A stretch of DNA of 64,000 nucleotides from Pristiophorus japonicus (GCF_044704955.1 NC_092010.1:39308001-39372000); one strand, 5' to 3'. Shown: positions 50,226 through 63,250, counted from the stretch's first letter. Notes: generated by a model not told the origin, from the sequence alone. A program made the numbers and translations.

Positions 50226-51063
50226 CCTTGATTGATTTTTCCCTTCCTTAACTCGTGTGCCAAATGAGGGCAATGGTATCTCTTCAACCCACTCCCATAG
50301 TTGAGATCTGCCAACTCTGCATAGAACCTGGCTGAAGAGACAACGTTCCTGGATTGTGTCACTCAGCACCCTCTGGAGGTTTGTCCTTTAAGTTGTCATA
50401 AGGCACTGAGCTTATTTTTGATTGTGAAACTTTATGGAATGCCAATAAAAGTGGGCAGTCTTTGTGTTTAGATGTTTTGGCATCCATAACCTATTAGCCT
50501 CAATTACAAATGGCTGATGTTTTCATATAGCGAAGGACATGATGCAATATGAGGTTAAAGAGTAACTAACCAGAAATCAGTTGGCACATGTGCTTTTCCT
50601 CATCACCTGTGAGGAGAAGGGGCTGGCTGCTAGTCCACATTTCAACATTTACAGAGAGTGGTGAGAATGTAGAACTCGCTACCACGGAATGGTTGAGGTG
50701 AATAGTGTAGATGCATTTAAGGGGAAGCTGGATAAACACATAAAATAGAAAGGAATAGAAGGATATGGTGATGGGGTGAGGTGGGCCGCATGGCCTGTTT
50801 CTCTGCTGTATATTCTGTCTAATTTTTGCAACAGGCAAATTGAATGAAACCTCATTTGCCAGTGATCGTGCTGAGTCTGTCGTTTCCTGTTTGCCACAAA
50901 ATATAATAGGGTACGTGCGGACTGAGTCTTCACTGCTTCCCACCAGCAACATCATCCTGCTTGGAGTATCACGCTCCAAGTGATCAACGAATCAGTACAG
51001 GTGGGGACATGATGGAGAGGAAGAGGAAAAAAGATTCTGAACAAATAAAGGATTGAAATAGAA

Positions 51064-51175
51064 ACAGAAGATGCTGGAAACACTCAGCGGGTCAGTCAGC
51101 GTCTGGAGAGAGAGAAACAAAACGTTAATCCTGTTTCTCCACAAACGCTGCCTGAGTATTTCCAGCATTTTCTGT
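51064..51175. repeat. Short imperfect palindromic (hairpin) repeat element
   Basis: acagaagatgctggaaacactcag ... ctgagtatttccagcattttctgt are inverted repeats. Confidence 0.75.
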
Positions 51176-51184
51176 GAATATGTC

Positions 51185-51530
51185 GTCATCATCATAGGCG
51201 TTCCCTTGAAGCGAGGATGACTTGCTTCCACGCCAAAAAGGGATGAGTTCACAGGTGTTTCGATGAAGGACCTAATATTCCAGGTCCTGAATTACATCCC
51301 GAAGGGTGGAAGATGCCTGTGGGTGGATTATTTTAACGTGGGGTGACCGTTGCACACCAGCCACCACACGGGCTTGACAGAGCGAGGTCTTGGTCCAGGG
51401 GCAAGGGTTAACCAGGACGACTGGAGACCAGCTCTGCTACACGGACGCAGTGCGCGCACATATCGCAGTGTGGGCTGGGCCCCGATCACGACCCTCTACA
51501 GTCTCTCGCCGCTGCTTCGCCCCGACCTCA
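51185..51530 (-). mobile_element. RTE-tailed non-autonomous element
   Basis: Same tail and core as 38080-38380. Confidence 0.8.
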
Positions 51531-52034
51531 CCGATATATACTCTGGGTAGGTGTAATTATACTATCAATATGGTGTTAATCATCGTGCAATTACACACAT
51601 CTCTCTGTGTCTCAGGTTAAGTATGTTAGAAAATGCTTCACTAAACAATGTACCTACAAAATTGTTTCTTTGCAACATAGCAGAACAATTCACAGCCCAT
51701 CAGTTGACTTATTGGAGAGCTGGCTGCAAATTAGCTCCAAGTAGGTCTCGGTACTTGTCTAAAACATCACAGTAATCATATCTCCACACTTATAGCTGCT
51801 TCAGTGGGTAGATGCACTGCCTGCTGTGGTACTGCGGCCCACAGACCTGAGTGAGCTGGGATAGGGATGCTACAAGAGGTCTCAATGCTTCTGGGTGGGT
51901 GGACTAATTTAATTGGACCATAAAGGGTGGCACTGGGTAACCCAGTGGCACCAGGACAGAAACAGCACTACAAGTGCCCGCTCAGTTTGAGGGGGGTGGC
52001 AAAGCCAATAGAACCTTCTTACAGATAGTCCAAT

Positions 52035-52485
52035 TAAATGATTGCAGGGATGAGGGACTTCAGTTACATGGATAGACTGGAGAAGCTGGGGTTGTTCTCC
52101 TTGGAGCAGAGAAGATTGAGAGGAGATTTGATCGAGGTGTTCAATATCATGAGGGGTCTTGTCAGAGTAGATAGAGAGAAACTGTTCCCATTGGTGGAAG
52201 GGTCGAGAACCAGAGGTCACAGATTTAAGATGATTGGCAGAAGAACCAAAGGCGACATGAGGAAAAACGTTTTTACGCAGCGAGTGGTTGGGATCTGGAA
52301 TGCGCTGCCTGAGAGGGTGGTGGAGGCAGACTCAATCGCGGCTTTCAAAAGGGAGTTGGATAAGTACCTGAGGGGGGAAAAGTTGCAGGGCTACGGGGAA
52401 AGGACGGGGAGTGGGACTGGCTGAGGGGCTCTTGCAGAGAGCCGGCACGGGCTCAATGGGTCGAATGGCCTCCTTCCGTGCTTCA
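52035..52485 (+). mobile_element. CR1 LINE 3' fragment
   Basis: YMDRLEKLGLFSLEQRRLRGDLIEVF...WNALP. Confidence 0.9.
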
Positions 52486-52804
52486 CGGTCAATGATACAG
52501 TTGACGTCCTGTGGGGCCCACTGGTGGCGGAAGGCCTCAAGCGTAATGGTGGGCACTGTGTGGTCCCTCTCCCGGGCACCGGCACACGCAAAATCCGTGG
52601 AAGAGAGGCAGGCAGTGACATTCTATGTGGGGGAGGTACAAAATGAATCAGGGGTCCTGCTTTTGGTCACTTTCTCGGAACCCCCGTTGAAAAGTGCCTG
52701 TGGATGCTGGATGAGAAGAGGCAAGATTGGGGTCACTTCCGATGCCCCCCTTCCCACAGGCTCACGTGGGAAGAATGGCTACTTAGGAGTGCAGCTTGCA
52801 CCTA

Positions 52805-53330
52805 TTCAGTTGTATGAAGCTCTGGTCAGACCCCATTTGGAGTAACTGCGTCCAGTTCTGGGCCCCGCCCTTCAGGAAGGGTATATTGGCCTCGGGGAGG
52901 GGACAGCGCAGATTGCCCAGAATGATGCCGGGGCTAAAAGGCTTAAATCACGAGGACAGGTTGCACAGACTGGGCTTGTATTCCCTTGGGTTTAGAAGGC
53001 TGAGGGGTGATCTAATTAAAGTGTTTAAGATGATTAAAGGATTCGATAGAGTCGATCAAAATGGTTTCCTCTGGTGGGGGCAGTCCAGAACAAGGGGGCA
53101 TCACCTTCAAATCAGTGCCAGGCCGTTCAGGGGTGATGTCAGGAAGCACTTCTTCACACAATGGGGAGTGGGAATCTGGAACTCTCTCCCCCAAAAAGGC
53201 TGTGGATGCTGGGGGTCAATTGGAGCTTTCAAGACTGAGATCGATGGATATTTTGGGGGGTAAGGGGATCGAGGGATATGGAGCAACGGTGGGTAAATGG
53301 AGTTGAGGTATCGATCAGCCATGATCTAAT
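52805..53330 (+). mobile_element. CR1 LINE 3' fragment
   Basis: LYEALVRPHLE, RLRGDLIKVFK, RKHFFTQ. Confidence 0.88.
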
Positions 53331-53479
53331 TACATAGAATGTACAGCACAGAAACAGGTCATTCGGCCCAACTGGTTTATGCTCCGCACGAGCCTCCTCC
53401 CACCCTATCAGCACAACCTTCTATTCCTTTTCCTTCATGTCTTTATCTAGCTTCTTAAATGCATTTTTGAATGGCAGAG

Positions 53480-53897
53480 CAGGCTTGAGGGGCTGAATGG
53501 CCTCCTGCTGTTCCTAATGTAACAGGCTCGAGGGGCTGAACGGCCTCCTCCTGTTCCTAATGTAACAGGCTCGAGGGGCTGAACGGCCTCCTCCTGTTCC
53601 TAATGTAACAGGCTCGAGGGGCTGAACGGCCTCCTCCTGTTCCTAATGTAACAGGCTCGAGGGGCTGAATGGCCTCCTCCTGTTCCTAATGTAACAGGCT
53701 CGAGGGGCTGAACGGCCTCCTCCTGTTCCTAATGTAACAGGCTCGAGGGGCTGAACGGCCTCCTCCTGTTCCTAATGTAACAGGCTCGAGGGGCTGAACG
53801 GCCCCCTCCTGTTCCTAATGTAACAGGGTCGGGGGCTGAATGGCCTCCTCCTGTTCCTAATGTAACAGGCTCGAGGGCCTGAATGGCCTCCTCCTGT
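53480..53897 (+). repeat. ~10 tandem copies of a 43-bp CR1 3'-terminal unit
   Basis: Unit ggctcgaggggctgaacggcctcctcctgttcctaatgtaaca. Confidence 0.92.
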
Positions 53898-55554
53898 TAA
53901 AATGAACCTAACCCCAGTAAATATACAGTGTAATCTGTGCTACCAATCTGTGCTACCAACCAGTGCTGAGGAACACCTTCCGATAGCTGATCTCAAGCCT
54001 CCCCTTCTAATATTGACCATGCGGAATACATAGAATAGTATCCAACAAGCAGTTGGCGTCCCTTATCTTTTTAAATGTAAGTGTTTGGTGAATTGTGCAG
54101 TGTGGTAACAGGGGTAATACTGGTGGACAGTGTACCACACGGCACTACTGATTGCTCGTGCCAATGGTCTAGGGTGCAAAGTACAATGCCAATCCCTTTA
54201 CTGCCTGAAGGATCCTCAGTCGCATCGCTCTCTTCACGTCACTTGCTGGGCTACACAGGGCAGTCAGTAATTCGATATATGCTTCTATTCTTCAGCTCTC
54301 AGAGACACTGTGGAGGGTTAAAGCCGAGGAATTGGAGCAGAGGCTGTTGCACTGGACTTGTTCACTTTGTTTAAGGGGAGCTCTCGGCTGACAACTGCCT
54401 TTAAGGGTTGTTGACCACCTCGCCTGGCAGACTTCTGCCCTCCAGAAAGTCCCGGAGACTCAGGATTGCGGGGAACCAGAGAAAGACGCAGGTAAACCAA
54501 TTTTGCAACGAATTAATTCCCTCCCTCCCCCCATACAATTGCTCTTCCGATGCTTTAAGATTGTGCTTTGGAAAAATGTCGGCGGGCACAAATGACCAGT
54601 GAACACGAGGGTTACCTATTAAAGGTGCAAGGAGAGGGGAGAGTAAACTCGGTACTTTGTCTGAGTTTAAGCCGCTCTATTCGGTCCCCAGCGCGATTTA
54701 ACCGCAAGAGTCAGCCGGTTTCAAATGTTCATTTCCTCCACATGTGTCCCCGGGGGAAGTCAGCCGGATTGATTGACAGCCCGGATTGATTGACAACCGG
54801 CGTGTTCATTTCCCAGTCGGGAAACAGACTTGCGAATGTTGTGGTCACATTTAAAACCTTTCTTTTGGGGGGGGTGAGACCACTTTGTCGTCTGACAAAA
54901 AATGCAAAACTTCAGGAGCTGGGACACTCGAGTCAGTTTTGAAACCGAGCTTCTGAAAAGGGCACGGTTAACCCTTGCAAAGCTGTGTGTAAATGGGCAA
55001 ATACTGTCACCTTTTAGTGATTTGGTGCCAAAAATGCCGTTGTGTTTCTTGTGGATTTTTTGATGGTGAAACTGGCGAGTGGATTTTCTAAGCATTTCAC
55101 CTCCTCAGATTTCCCACATTACAACAGTGACTCACTCCACTTCAAAAGTACTTCATTGGCTGTAAAGAGCTTTGGGACATCCGTGAAAGGCGTTATATAG
55201 AAGGCGCTATATAAATGCAAGCTCTTTCCTTACTGCATAGAAGAGCCTCTATATCCTCCAATTTAGGAATTTGTATAAAGCTTCTGTTATAAAGCAAAGC
55301 TGTGACCCTAGTTCTGTCATAAAGTCACTGGATCTAAGCTTACAATTCCTTTTTTCAAAATGTCTCCCCTCCTTGCCTAACACACTGACTGGTACTGATA
55401 GTTCCTGGGCAGTGGTCAGCCTCTGATGACGTCCCCCAAGTGGTCCACTCTGCTTCGCCCTAGCTGGTGAGTGTCGAAAAGCTATTCAACCAGGTTAGAT
55501 GCTGGACTCGCCTGATGTTGATATCTGCGTTTTCCAGCAGCAGTCAATGGATAA

Positions 55555-56368
55555 CATAGAAACATAGAAAATAGGTGCAGGAGCAGGCCATTCGGCCCTT
55601 CGAGCCTGCACCACCATTCAATATGATCATGGCTGATCATTCACCTCAGTACCCCATTCCTGCTTTCTCTCCATACCCCTTGATCTCTTTAGCCGTAAGG
55701 GCCACATCTAACTCCCTTTTGAATATATCCAACGAACTGGCTTCAACAACTTTCTGTGGTAGAGAATTCCACAGGTTCACAATTCTCTGAGTGAAGAAGT
55801 TTCTCCTCATCTCGGTCCTAAATGGCTTACCCCTTACCCTTAGACTATGACCCCTGGTTCTGGACTTCCCCAACATCGGGAACATTCTTCCTGCATCTAA
55901 CCTGTCCAATCCCGTCAGAATTCTATACGCTTCTATGAGATCCCCTTTCATTCTTCTAAACTCCAGTGAATATAAGCCTAGTCGATCCAGTCTCTCCTCA
56001 TATGTCAGTCCTGTGTTCCTGAGAATCAGTCTGGTGAACCTTTGCTGCACTCCCTCAATAGCAAGAATGTCCTTCCTCCGATTAGGAGACCAAAACTGAA
56101 CACCAGATGAGGCCTCACCAAGGCCCTGTACAACTGCAGTAAGACCTCCCTGCTCCTATACTCAAATCCCCTCGCTATGAAGGCCAACATGCCATTTGCC
56201 TTCTTCACCGCCTGCTGTACCTGCATGCCTACCTTCAATGACTGATGTACCATGACACCCAGGTCTCGTTGCAACTCCTCTTTTACTAATCTGTTACCAT
56301 TCAGATAATAATCTGCCTTCATGTTTTTGCCACCAAAGTGGATAACCTCACATTTATCCACATTATAT
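55555..56368 (-). mobile_element. Young CR1 LINE 3' fragment
   Basis: Near-identical to 14456-15415 and 59370-60283. Confidence 0.92.
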
Positions 56369-56727
56369 CGGGAAGCAGAGACTCTGACTGCTTTTCCGTG
56401 TTTCCACCCAGTTCCACGGTTGCTGAGGCCAGTTGCTGCCGTTGTTGATTGAGACTGGCCAACATGGTTTGCAAGGCTCAATGCCACATGATATCCATTT
56501 GGGGGGAAAGGAACCCCTGAGTCTAATTTTGTTTCTGTAAATCATTCTGTCTGCTCAGTGAACAATGACTGGATCGTGTGGAGCAGGGAGATCCCAAGGT
56601 GTGATCCCTGATCTGTACTGGCAAACAGTGGAGATGCTAAAATTGAAATGAGTATCCCTGAGCTATAGGGGAGGGACGAGGGATTTCAGCCAGGCTCAGA
56701 TTGGTGTCCCTCCCATCATGGTGAAAT

Positions 56728-56952
56728 CGTCATCATATCATCATAGGCAGTCCCTCAAAATCGAGGAAGACTTGCTTCCACTCTAAAAATGAGTCCTTAG
56801 GTGGCTGAACAGTCCAATACGGGAACCACAGTCCCTGTCACAGGTGGGACAGACAGTGGTTGAGGGAAAGGGAGGGTGGGACTGGTTTGCCGCACGCTCT
56901 TTCCGCTGCCTGATTTCTGCATGCTCTCGGCGATGAGATTCGAGGTGCTCAT
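56728..56952 (-). mobile_element. RTE LINE 3' fragment
   Basis: CPTCDRDCGSRIGLFSHLRTHF and tail. Confidence 0.88.
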
Positions 56953-56991
56953 GGTCAAATAGCTCACTGACAATCAGCGTCCAAGCACGCA

Positions 56992-58165
56992 CATAGAAAT
57001 GTAGAAATTTACAGCACGGAAGGAGGCCATTTCGGCCCATCGTGTCCGCGCCGGCCGACCAAGACCTACCCAGCCTAATCCCACTTTCCAGCTCTCGGTC
57101 CGTAGCCCTGTAGGTTACGGCACTTCAAGTGCACATCCAAGTACTTTTTAAATGTGGTGAGGGTTTCTGCCTCTACCACCCTTTCAGGCAGTGAGTTCCA
57201 GACCCCCACCACCCTCTGGGTGAAGACATTTCCCCTCAAATCCCCTCTAAACCTCCCCCCAATTACTTTAAATTTATGCCCCCTGGTTGTTGACCCCTCT
57301 GCCAAGGGAAACAGGTCCTTCCTATCCACTCTATCCAGGCCCCTCATCATTTTATACACCTCAATCAAGTCTCCCCTCAGCCTCCTCTGTTCCAAAGAAA
57401 ACAACCCCAGCCTATCCAATCTTTCCTCATCGCTAAAATTCTCCAATCCTGGCAACATCCTGGTAAATCTCCTCTGCACCCTCTACAGTGCAACATCCTG
57501 GTAAATCTCCTCTGCACCCTCTCCAGTGCAACATCCTGGTAAATCTCCTCTGCACCCTCTCCAGTGCAACATCCTGGTAAATCTCCTCTGTACCCTCTCC
57601 AGTGCAACATCCTGGTAAATCTCCTCTGCACCCTCTCCAGTGCAACATCCTGGTAAATCTCCTCTGTACCCCCTCCAGTGCAACATCCTGGTAAATCTCC
57701 TCTGTACCCTCTCCAGTGCAACATCCTGGTAAATCTCCTCTGTACCCTCTCCAGTGCAACATCCTGGTAAATCTCCTCTGTACCCTCTCCAGTGCAACAT
57801 CCTGGTAAATCTCCTCTGTACCCTCTCCAGTGCAACATCCTGGTAAATCTCCTCTGCACCCTCTCCAGTGCAACATCCTGGTAAATCTCCTCTACCCTCT
57901 CCAGTGCAACATCCTGGTAAATCTCCTCTGCACCCTCTCCAGTGCAACATCCTGGTAAATCTCCTCTGCACCCTCTCCAGTGCAACATCCTGGTAAATCT
58001 CCTCTGTACCCTCTCCAGTGCAACATCCTGGTAAATCTCCTCTGTACCCTCTCCAGTGCAACATCCTGGTAAATCTCCTCTGCACCCTCTCCAGTGCAAT
58101 CACATCCTTCCTGTAATGCGGTGACCAGAACTGCACGCAGTACTCCAGCTGTGACCTAACTAGTG
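56992..58165 (-). mobile_element. CR1 LINE 3' fragment containing ~17 tandem copies of a 38-bp internal unit (57450-58098)
   Basis: Unit ctccagtgcaacatcctggtaaatctcctctgcaccct; flanks read LEYCVQFWSPHYRKDVIALERVQRRFTR. Confidence 0.92.
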
Positions 58166-58829
58166 TTGTGCTGAGGGACAACCACTTGGGCGAGATACCA
58201 GAGGGCTACCAGTGCCCATGGAACCAAACACTGGCAAGTGTCACTGACATCAGGGGTAAGGGAGAAAAAACTGGACCAAGAATTGGAGGAGAAAGAAAGG
58301 CCACAGAGAATGTGTGTTCTCAACAGAATTCAGACTCCCCTCCCCCAGCGGGAAGAACCTTTGAGTTTGTAAACGCACGAATTGAGATAAAGATTTGATT
58401 GTTTTAATTGGCAAACCTCATGCCATAAATAGAACCTCAATTTCAGTTTGCTTCAGCAGACCCAACATGTTTTGCAGAAGGGATGCCAATGACAGAATAT
58501 TCTTTCGCTCCTTTTTGAGCAATGGCGCCACGTACAACGCAGCCCGCAAAGCTTTGAGCAGCATCCATACATTGGTGAGCTTCCAACATTGTCAGTCTTG
58601 TGACCCCCGCTCTACTGCTCCCCAAACTTTGCTGCATTCTAAATGGGGGGCGCTGGAGGAGCCGAGATTTGTTTTTCCAGCTGCGGTCCTTGAGTGCTCA
58701 TCCCGACAATGCTGTACAAGAGCTTCCTCTCGTGGGCAGAGGCAGATGTACACGGTTAGCTAGGTTTTATTTCACGAAGGAGGAGGGGGCGGGACTGGCA
58801 TGTTTGCTGATTCTGAAACCGAGGAGGGG

Positions 58830-59155
58830 AAAAGTCATTTCAAAGATCAGAACCAGAGGGACACAGATTGACGATAATCGGCGATGGAACCAGAGGGGGA
58901 GATGGGGAGAATGTGTTTACGCAGCGAGTTGTTGTGATCGGGAACGCGCTGCCTGAAAGGGCGGTGGGAGCAGATTCAATAGTGACTTTCAAACCGGGAA
59001 TTGGGTAAATACTGGAAGGGGAAAAATTCACAGGGCTGTGGGGGAAAGAGCAGGGGGGAGTGGGACTGATTGGATCGCTCTGTCACAGAGCCGACACAGC
59101 ACGGGCAACGATGGGCCCAATGGCCTCCTCCTGTTGCTGTGCCATTCTGTGATTG
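58830..59155 (+). mobile_element. CR1 LINE 3' tail (older family)
   Basis: Similarity to 52200-52485 and, in reverse, to 7480-7620. Confidence 0.75.
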
Positions 59156-59369
59156 TATAAGCCTCGATCCCCTGAACCTAGGCAAACTGATGGTTTGATA
59201 TTGAGTGACCCGGGGGATTAGAGTGACGTCCCTGTGTGTTGGTCTGAGGCTCTGACCCCAACTGATGAACAGAGACTCCACGATGCACCTTGAACCTTTC
59301 TCTGAGCTCGATTGTTCTCGCTGTTTCAGAAGCATCAATTTGCTGTTTGCGCTGGACATGAGCTGGAGT

Positions 59370-60283
59370 CATAGAAACATAGAGCCAGCACCGCCATTCA
59401 ATATGATCATGGCTGATGATGCAACTTCAGTACCCCACTCCTGCTTTCTCTCCATAGTCCCTGATCTCTTTAGCCGTAAGGGCCACATCTAACTCCCTTT
59501 TGAATATATCTAACGAACTGGTCTCAACAACTCTCTGCGGTAGAGAATTCCACAGGTTCATAATTCTCTGAGTGAAGAAGTTTCTCCTCATCTCAGTCCT
59601 AAATAGCTTACCCCTTATCCTTAGACTGTGACCCCTGGTTCTGGACTTCCCCAACATCGGGAACATTTTTCCTGCATCTAACCTGTCCAATCCCTTCAGA
59701 ATTTTATATGTTTCTATGAGATCCCCTCTCATTCTTCTAAATTCCAGTGAATATAAGCCTAGTCGATCCAGTCTCTCCTCATATGTCAGTCCTGCCATCC
59801 AGGACATCAGCCTGGTGAACCTTCACTGCACTCCCTCAATAGCAAGAATGTCCTTCCTCAGATTAGGAGACCAAAACTACACACAATACTCAAGGTGTGG
59901 TCTCACCAAGGCCCTGTACAACTGCAGCAAGACCTCCCTGCTCCTATACTCAAATACTCTCGCTATAAAGGCCAGCATGCCATTTGCCTTCTTCACCGCC
60001 TGCTGTACCTGCATGCCAACCTTCAATGACTGATGTACCATAACACCCAGGTCTCGTTGCACCTCCCCTTTTCCTAATCTGTCACCATTCAGATAATAAT
60101 CTGCCTTCCTGTTTTTGCCACCAATGTGGATAACCTCACATTTATCCACATTATACTGCATCTGCCATGCATTTGCCCACTCACCTAACCTGTCCAAGTC
60201 ACCCTGCAGCCTCTTGGCGTCCTCCTCACAGCTCACACTGCCACCCAGCTCAGTGTCATCTGCAAACTCGGAGATATTACATT
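59370..60283 (-). mobile_element. Young CR1 LINE 3' fragment
   Basis: LQGDLDRLGEWANAWQMQYNVDKC...RPHLEYCV. Confidence 0.92.
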
Positions 60284-60571
60284 TGAGAATATAATGTCAC
60301 CGTGTTAGGGTGAGGGTGACTTTATTTTGTTGAAGCAGAGAGTTTATTTTGATGAGGGATGAATCCATACTGGGAAGTGGGGAGGGGGTTGACTCAATAC
60401 TGGGATCAATTCGTCGGGGAGAGTGACTGCTGGGTGGCTTCAACAGGGTGGATCTGTGACAGGGTGATTATATTGCATGATATTGGCCACTGACACACAC
60501 GCCTGTTACAATACAGAGGTTGCTTGCACACATGCACATCATACCTGGCTCAGCATTTGCTCGTGTGACAA

Positions 60572-60855
60572 AACTAACCAGGGGGCAGAGATTTAAAGTA
60601 ATCGGTAGAAGGATTAGAGGGGAGTTGAGAACTTTTTTTACCCAGAGGGTGGTGGGGTCTGGAACTCACTTCCTGAAAGGGTGGTAGAGGCAGAAACCCT
60701 CACCACATTTAAAAAGTACTTGGATGTGCACTTGAAGTGCCGTAACCTACAGGGCTACTGACAGAGAGCTGGAAAGTGGGATTAGGCTGGGTAGCTCTTG
60801 GTCGACCGGCACAAACACAGACTCCTTCTGTGCCATAAATTTCTATGATTCTATA
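60572..60855 (+). mobile_element. CR1 LINE 3' tail
   Basis: Matches 48190-48480. Confidence 0.88.
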
Positions 60856-61554
60856 CATGTAGGCACATTTTACTAGAGCGTGGAGCGGCTTCAAAAGAGG
60901 TAGGGGTTTAATATGCTAATTTTCCATGTATTTTAAATGATATGGAGTGAGCTTTATGTGTTAGGGTGGCAACTACTGGTCCCAAATTCCTTGTGGAGTT
61001 GGCTTAAGCTCTTGTTCTTGAAAATCTCACATTTGGAGAAAGCCCTTGGAGCGTAGATAGGAGCAGATGTTCACTGAGGCAGTCGGCTGCTCCAGAAGGA
61101 TGGGGATCGGAGAGTTCTTGGGGGAAGGGAGGAGGGATCTGTGTTGCAGTGGATTAGACCCTTGCCTTTCACCTCCAGGACCAAGGTTCAAGTCCAGCCC
61201 GGATTGAAAGTCTCACTCTACCTTAAGCGCTCTCATAAGAACATAAGAACTAGGAGCAGGAGTAGGCCACGTGGCCCCTCGAGCTTGTTCCGCCATTTAA
61301 TACGATCATGGCTGATCCGATCATGGACTCAGCTCCACTTCCCTGCTGGCTCCCCATAACCCCTTATTCTCTTATCTCTCAATCCAGTTTCTAGTAGGCA
61401 TGGACTTGGTCGCAACAATTCAGGAATAAATTAGCAATCTCGCTCTGAGTGGAGAATGGTTGGTGTGGGAAATGGAGAAATGATGCAGTCGGGTGCTGTT
61501 TAGAGGTTGGGGCAAAGTAGAGGTAGATTCAGTCTGTACCTAACTATGCTACCA

Positions 61555-61960
61555 TCATCATAGGCGGCTCCTCGAACGAGGATGACTTGCTTCCACACGA
61601 GTTCACAGATGTTTCAATGAAGCACCCGATGTTCCAGTCCTGAACTCCAGTTGAGAGGGGTGGAAGATGCCTGTGCGTGGATTTTTTTAACGTGGGGTGA
61701 CCGTTGCACACCAGCCACCACACGGGCTTGGTCCAGTGGCAAGGGTTAACCAGGACAACTGGAGACCAGCTCTGCTGCACGGACCTAGTGCGTACACATA
61801 TCGCAGTGTGGGCTGGTCCGTGCTGCCCCTGGGCCCTCGCCTCCTCTGGGCCCCGTACCCTCATTCGCCGTACCTCTGCCGCAATGTTCCAGGGCCTGGC
61901 GCTCCAGCTCTATTTATAGCCCCGACTTGCGGTGGTGGTCTCACACAGGTCGGGGCTGCC
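61555..61960 (-). mobile_element. RTE-tailed non-autonomous element retaining its putative 5' end (hairpin + TATA-like motif)
   Basis: Shared tail/core; gccccgacttg...caggtcggggc stem; minus-strand ctataaata. Confidence 0.78.
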
Positions 61961-62474
61961 CACAATGTTCCAGGGCCACTATGCTATACCTGACTTAGGA
62001 GTACGTCATGTGGTTACTTGTTCCATTCCCCAGCCCAAATATCCTTCAATTTGATTCATAAAAAATCAAATGGATAATGGATTTAATTTTGGAACGCGTT
62101 GGGCTCCCTCAGAGTATTGTCTGAGGATGATCTTCTGAACTGCCTATGGAACCAGGACTTGTAACCACTGCATGGTATGACACTGAACCATACAGATCAG
62201 GAAGTTCCATCCTCATTAACCTCAGTTGGGGCAACAGCGGGGAGCTTTGAATCAGCCTCGATGCTCTCGGGAGGTCTAGCCATACGTCCAGGTCCCAGTG
62301 ACTTTTATTAGAAATATACATGTGCAGATTCTGAGTGAAGACGACAGTGGGCTTAGCTGTGATAGCCTCCACATCGAATGACCGCTGTCACGCGCTGTCA
62401 TTGCTCACACATGGAGGATGGCGACTTCAGCGAGGTGCAGCAGGGCTGCGATCATCATTCGAGCCGTCCACAAG

Positions 62475-63250
62475 GACGACACCAGAACAGAGAGGATATA
62501 CTTCTCAGGAAAGACTGAACAGGCTGGGACTCTTCCCTCTAGAAAAGAGAAGGCCGAGGGATGATCTGACAAAGGTCTTTTAAAATTATCAAAGGGTTTG
62601 ATAGGGTAGACGTAGAGAAGATGTTTCCACTTGTGGGTGGGGTAGAGACCAGAACTAGGGGGCCATCAATATCAGACAGTCACTAAACAATCCAATGGGG
62701 AATTCAGGAGAAACCTCTTTACCCAGAGCAGGGTGAGAATGTGGGACTCGTTGCCACAGGGAGGGGTCGAGGCGAATAGTATCGATGTATTTAAGGGAGA
62801 AGCTGGATAAACACATGGGGGGGGAAAGGAATAGAAGGATATGGTGATGGGGTGAGATGGAGGCGGGTGGGAGGGGGCTGGTGTGGAGTTTAACACCGGC
62901 ACGGAGCGGTGGGCCCAATGGCCTGTTTCTGCGGTGTACACTTAGGGGCATAATCTTAGAATAAGGGGCCGCCCATTTAAAACTGAGATGAGGAGGAATT
63001 TCTTCTCTCAGAGGATTGTAAATCTGTGGAATTCGCTGCCTCAGAGAGCTGTGGAAGCTGGGACATTGAATAAATGCAAGACAGAAATAGACAGTTTCTT
63101 AACCGATAAGGGGATAAGGGGTTATGGGGAGCGGGCAGGGAAGTGGAGCTGAGTCCATGATCAGATCAGCCATGATCGTATTAAATGGCGGAGCAGGCTC
63201 GAGGGGCCAAATGGCCGACTCCTGCTCCTATTTCTTATATTCTTATGTAA
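62475..63250 (+). mobile_element. Two adjacent CR1 3' fragments
   Basis: ERLNRLGLFPLEKRR; second tail ends tatttcttatattcttatg. Confidence 0.85.

Noticed and set aside
53480-53897. 43-bp repeat as a CRISPR array
   Set aside because: No spacers; the unit is the CR1 3' tail
57377-58181. Long repetitive ORFs and a CRISPR-like regular repeat
   Set aside because: Head-to-tail 38-bp tandem repeat with no unique spacers, derived from CR1 ORF2; no cas genes; eukaryotic context
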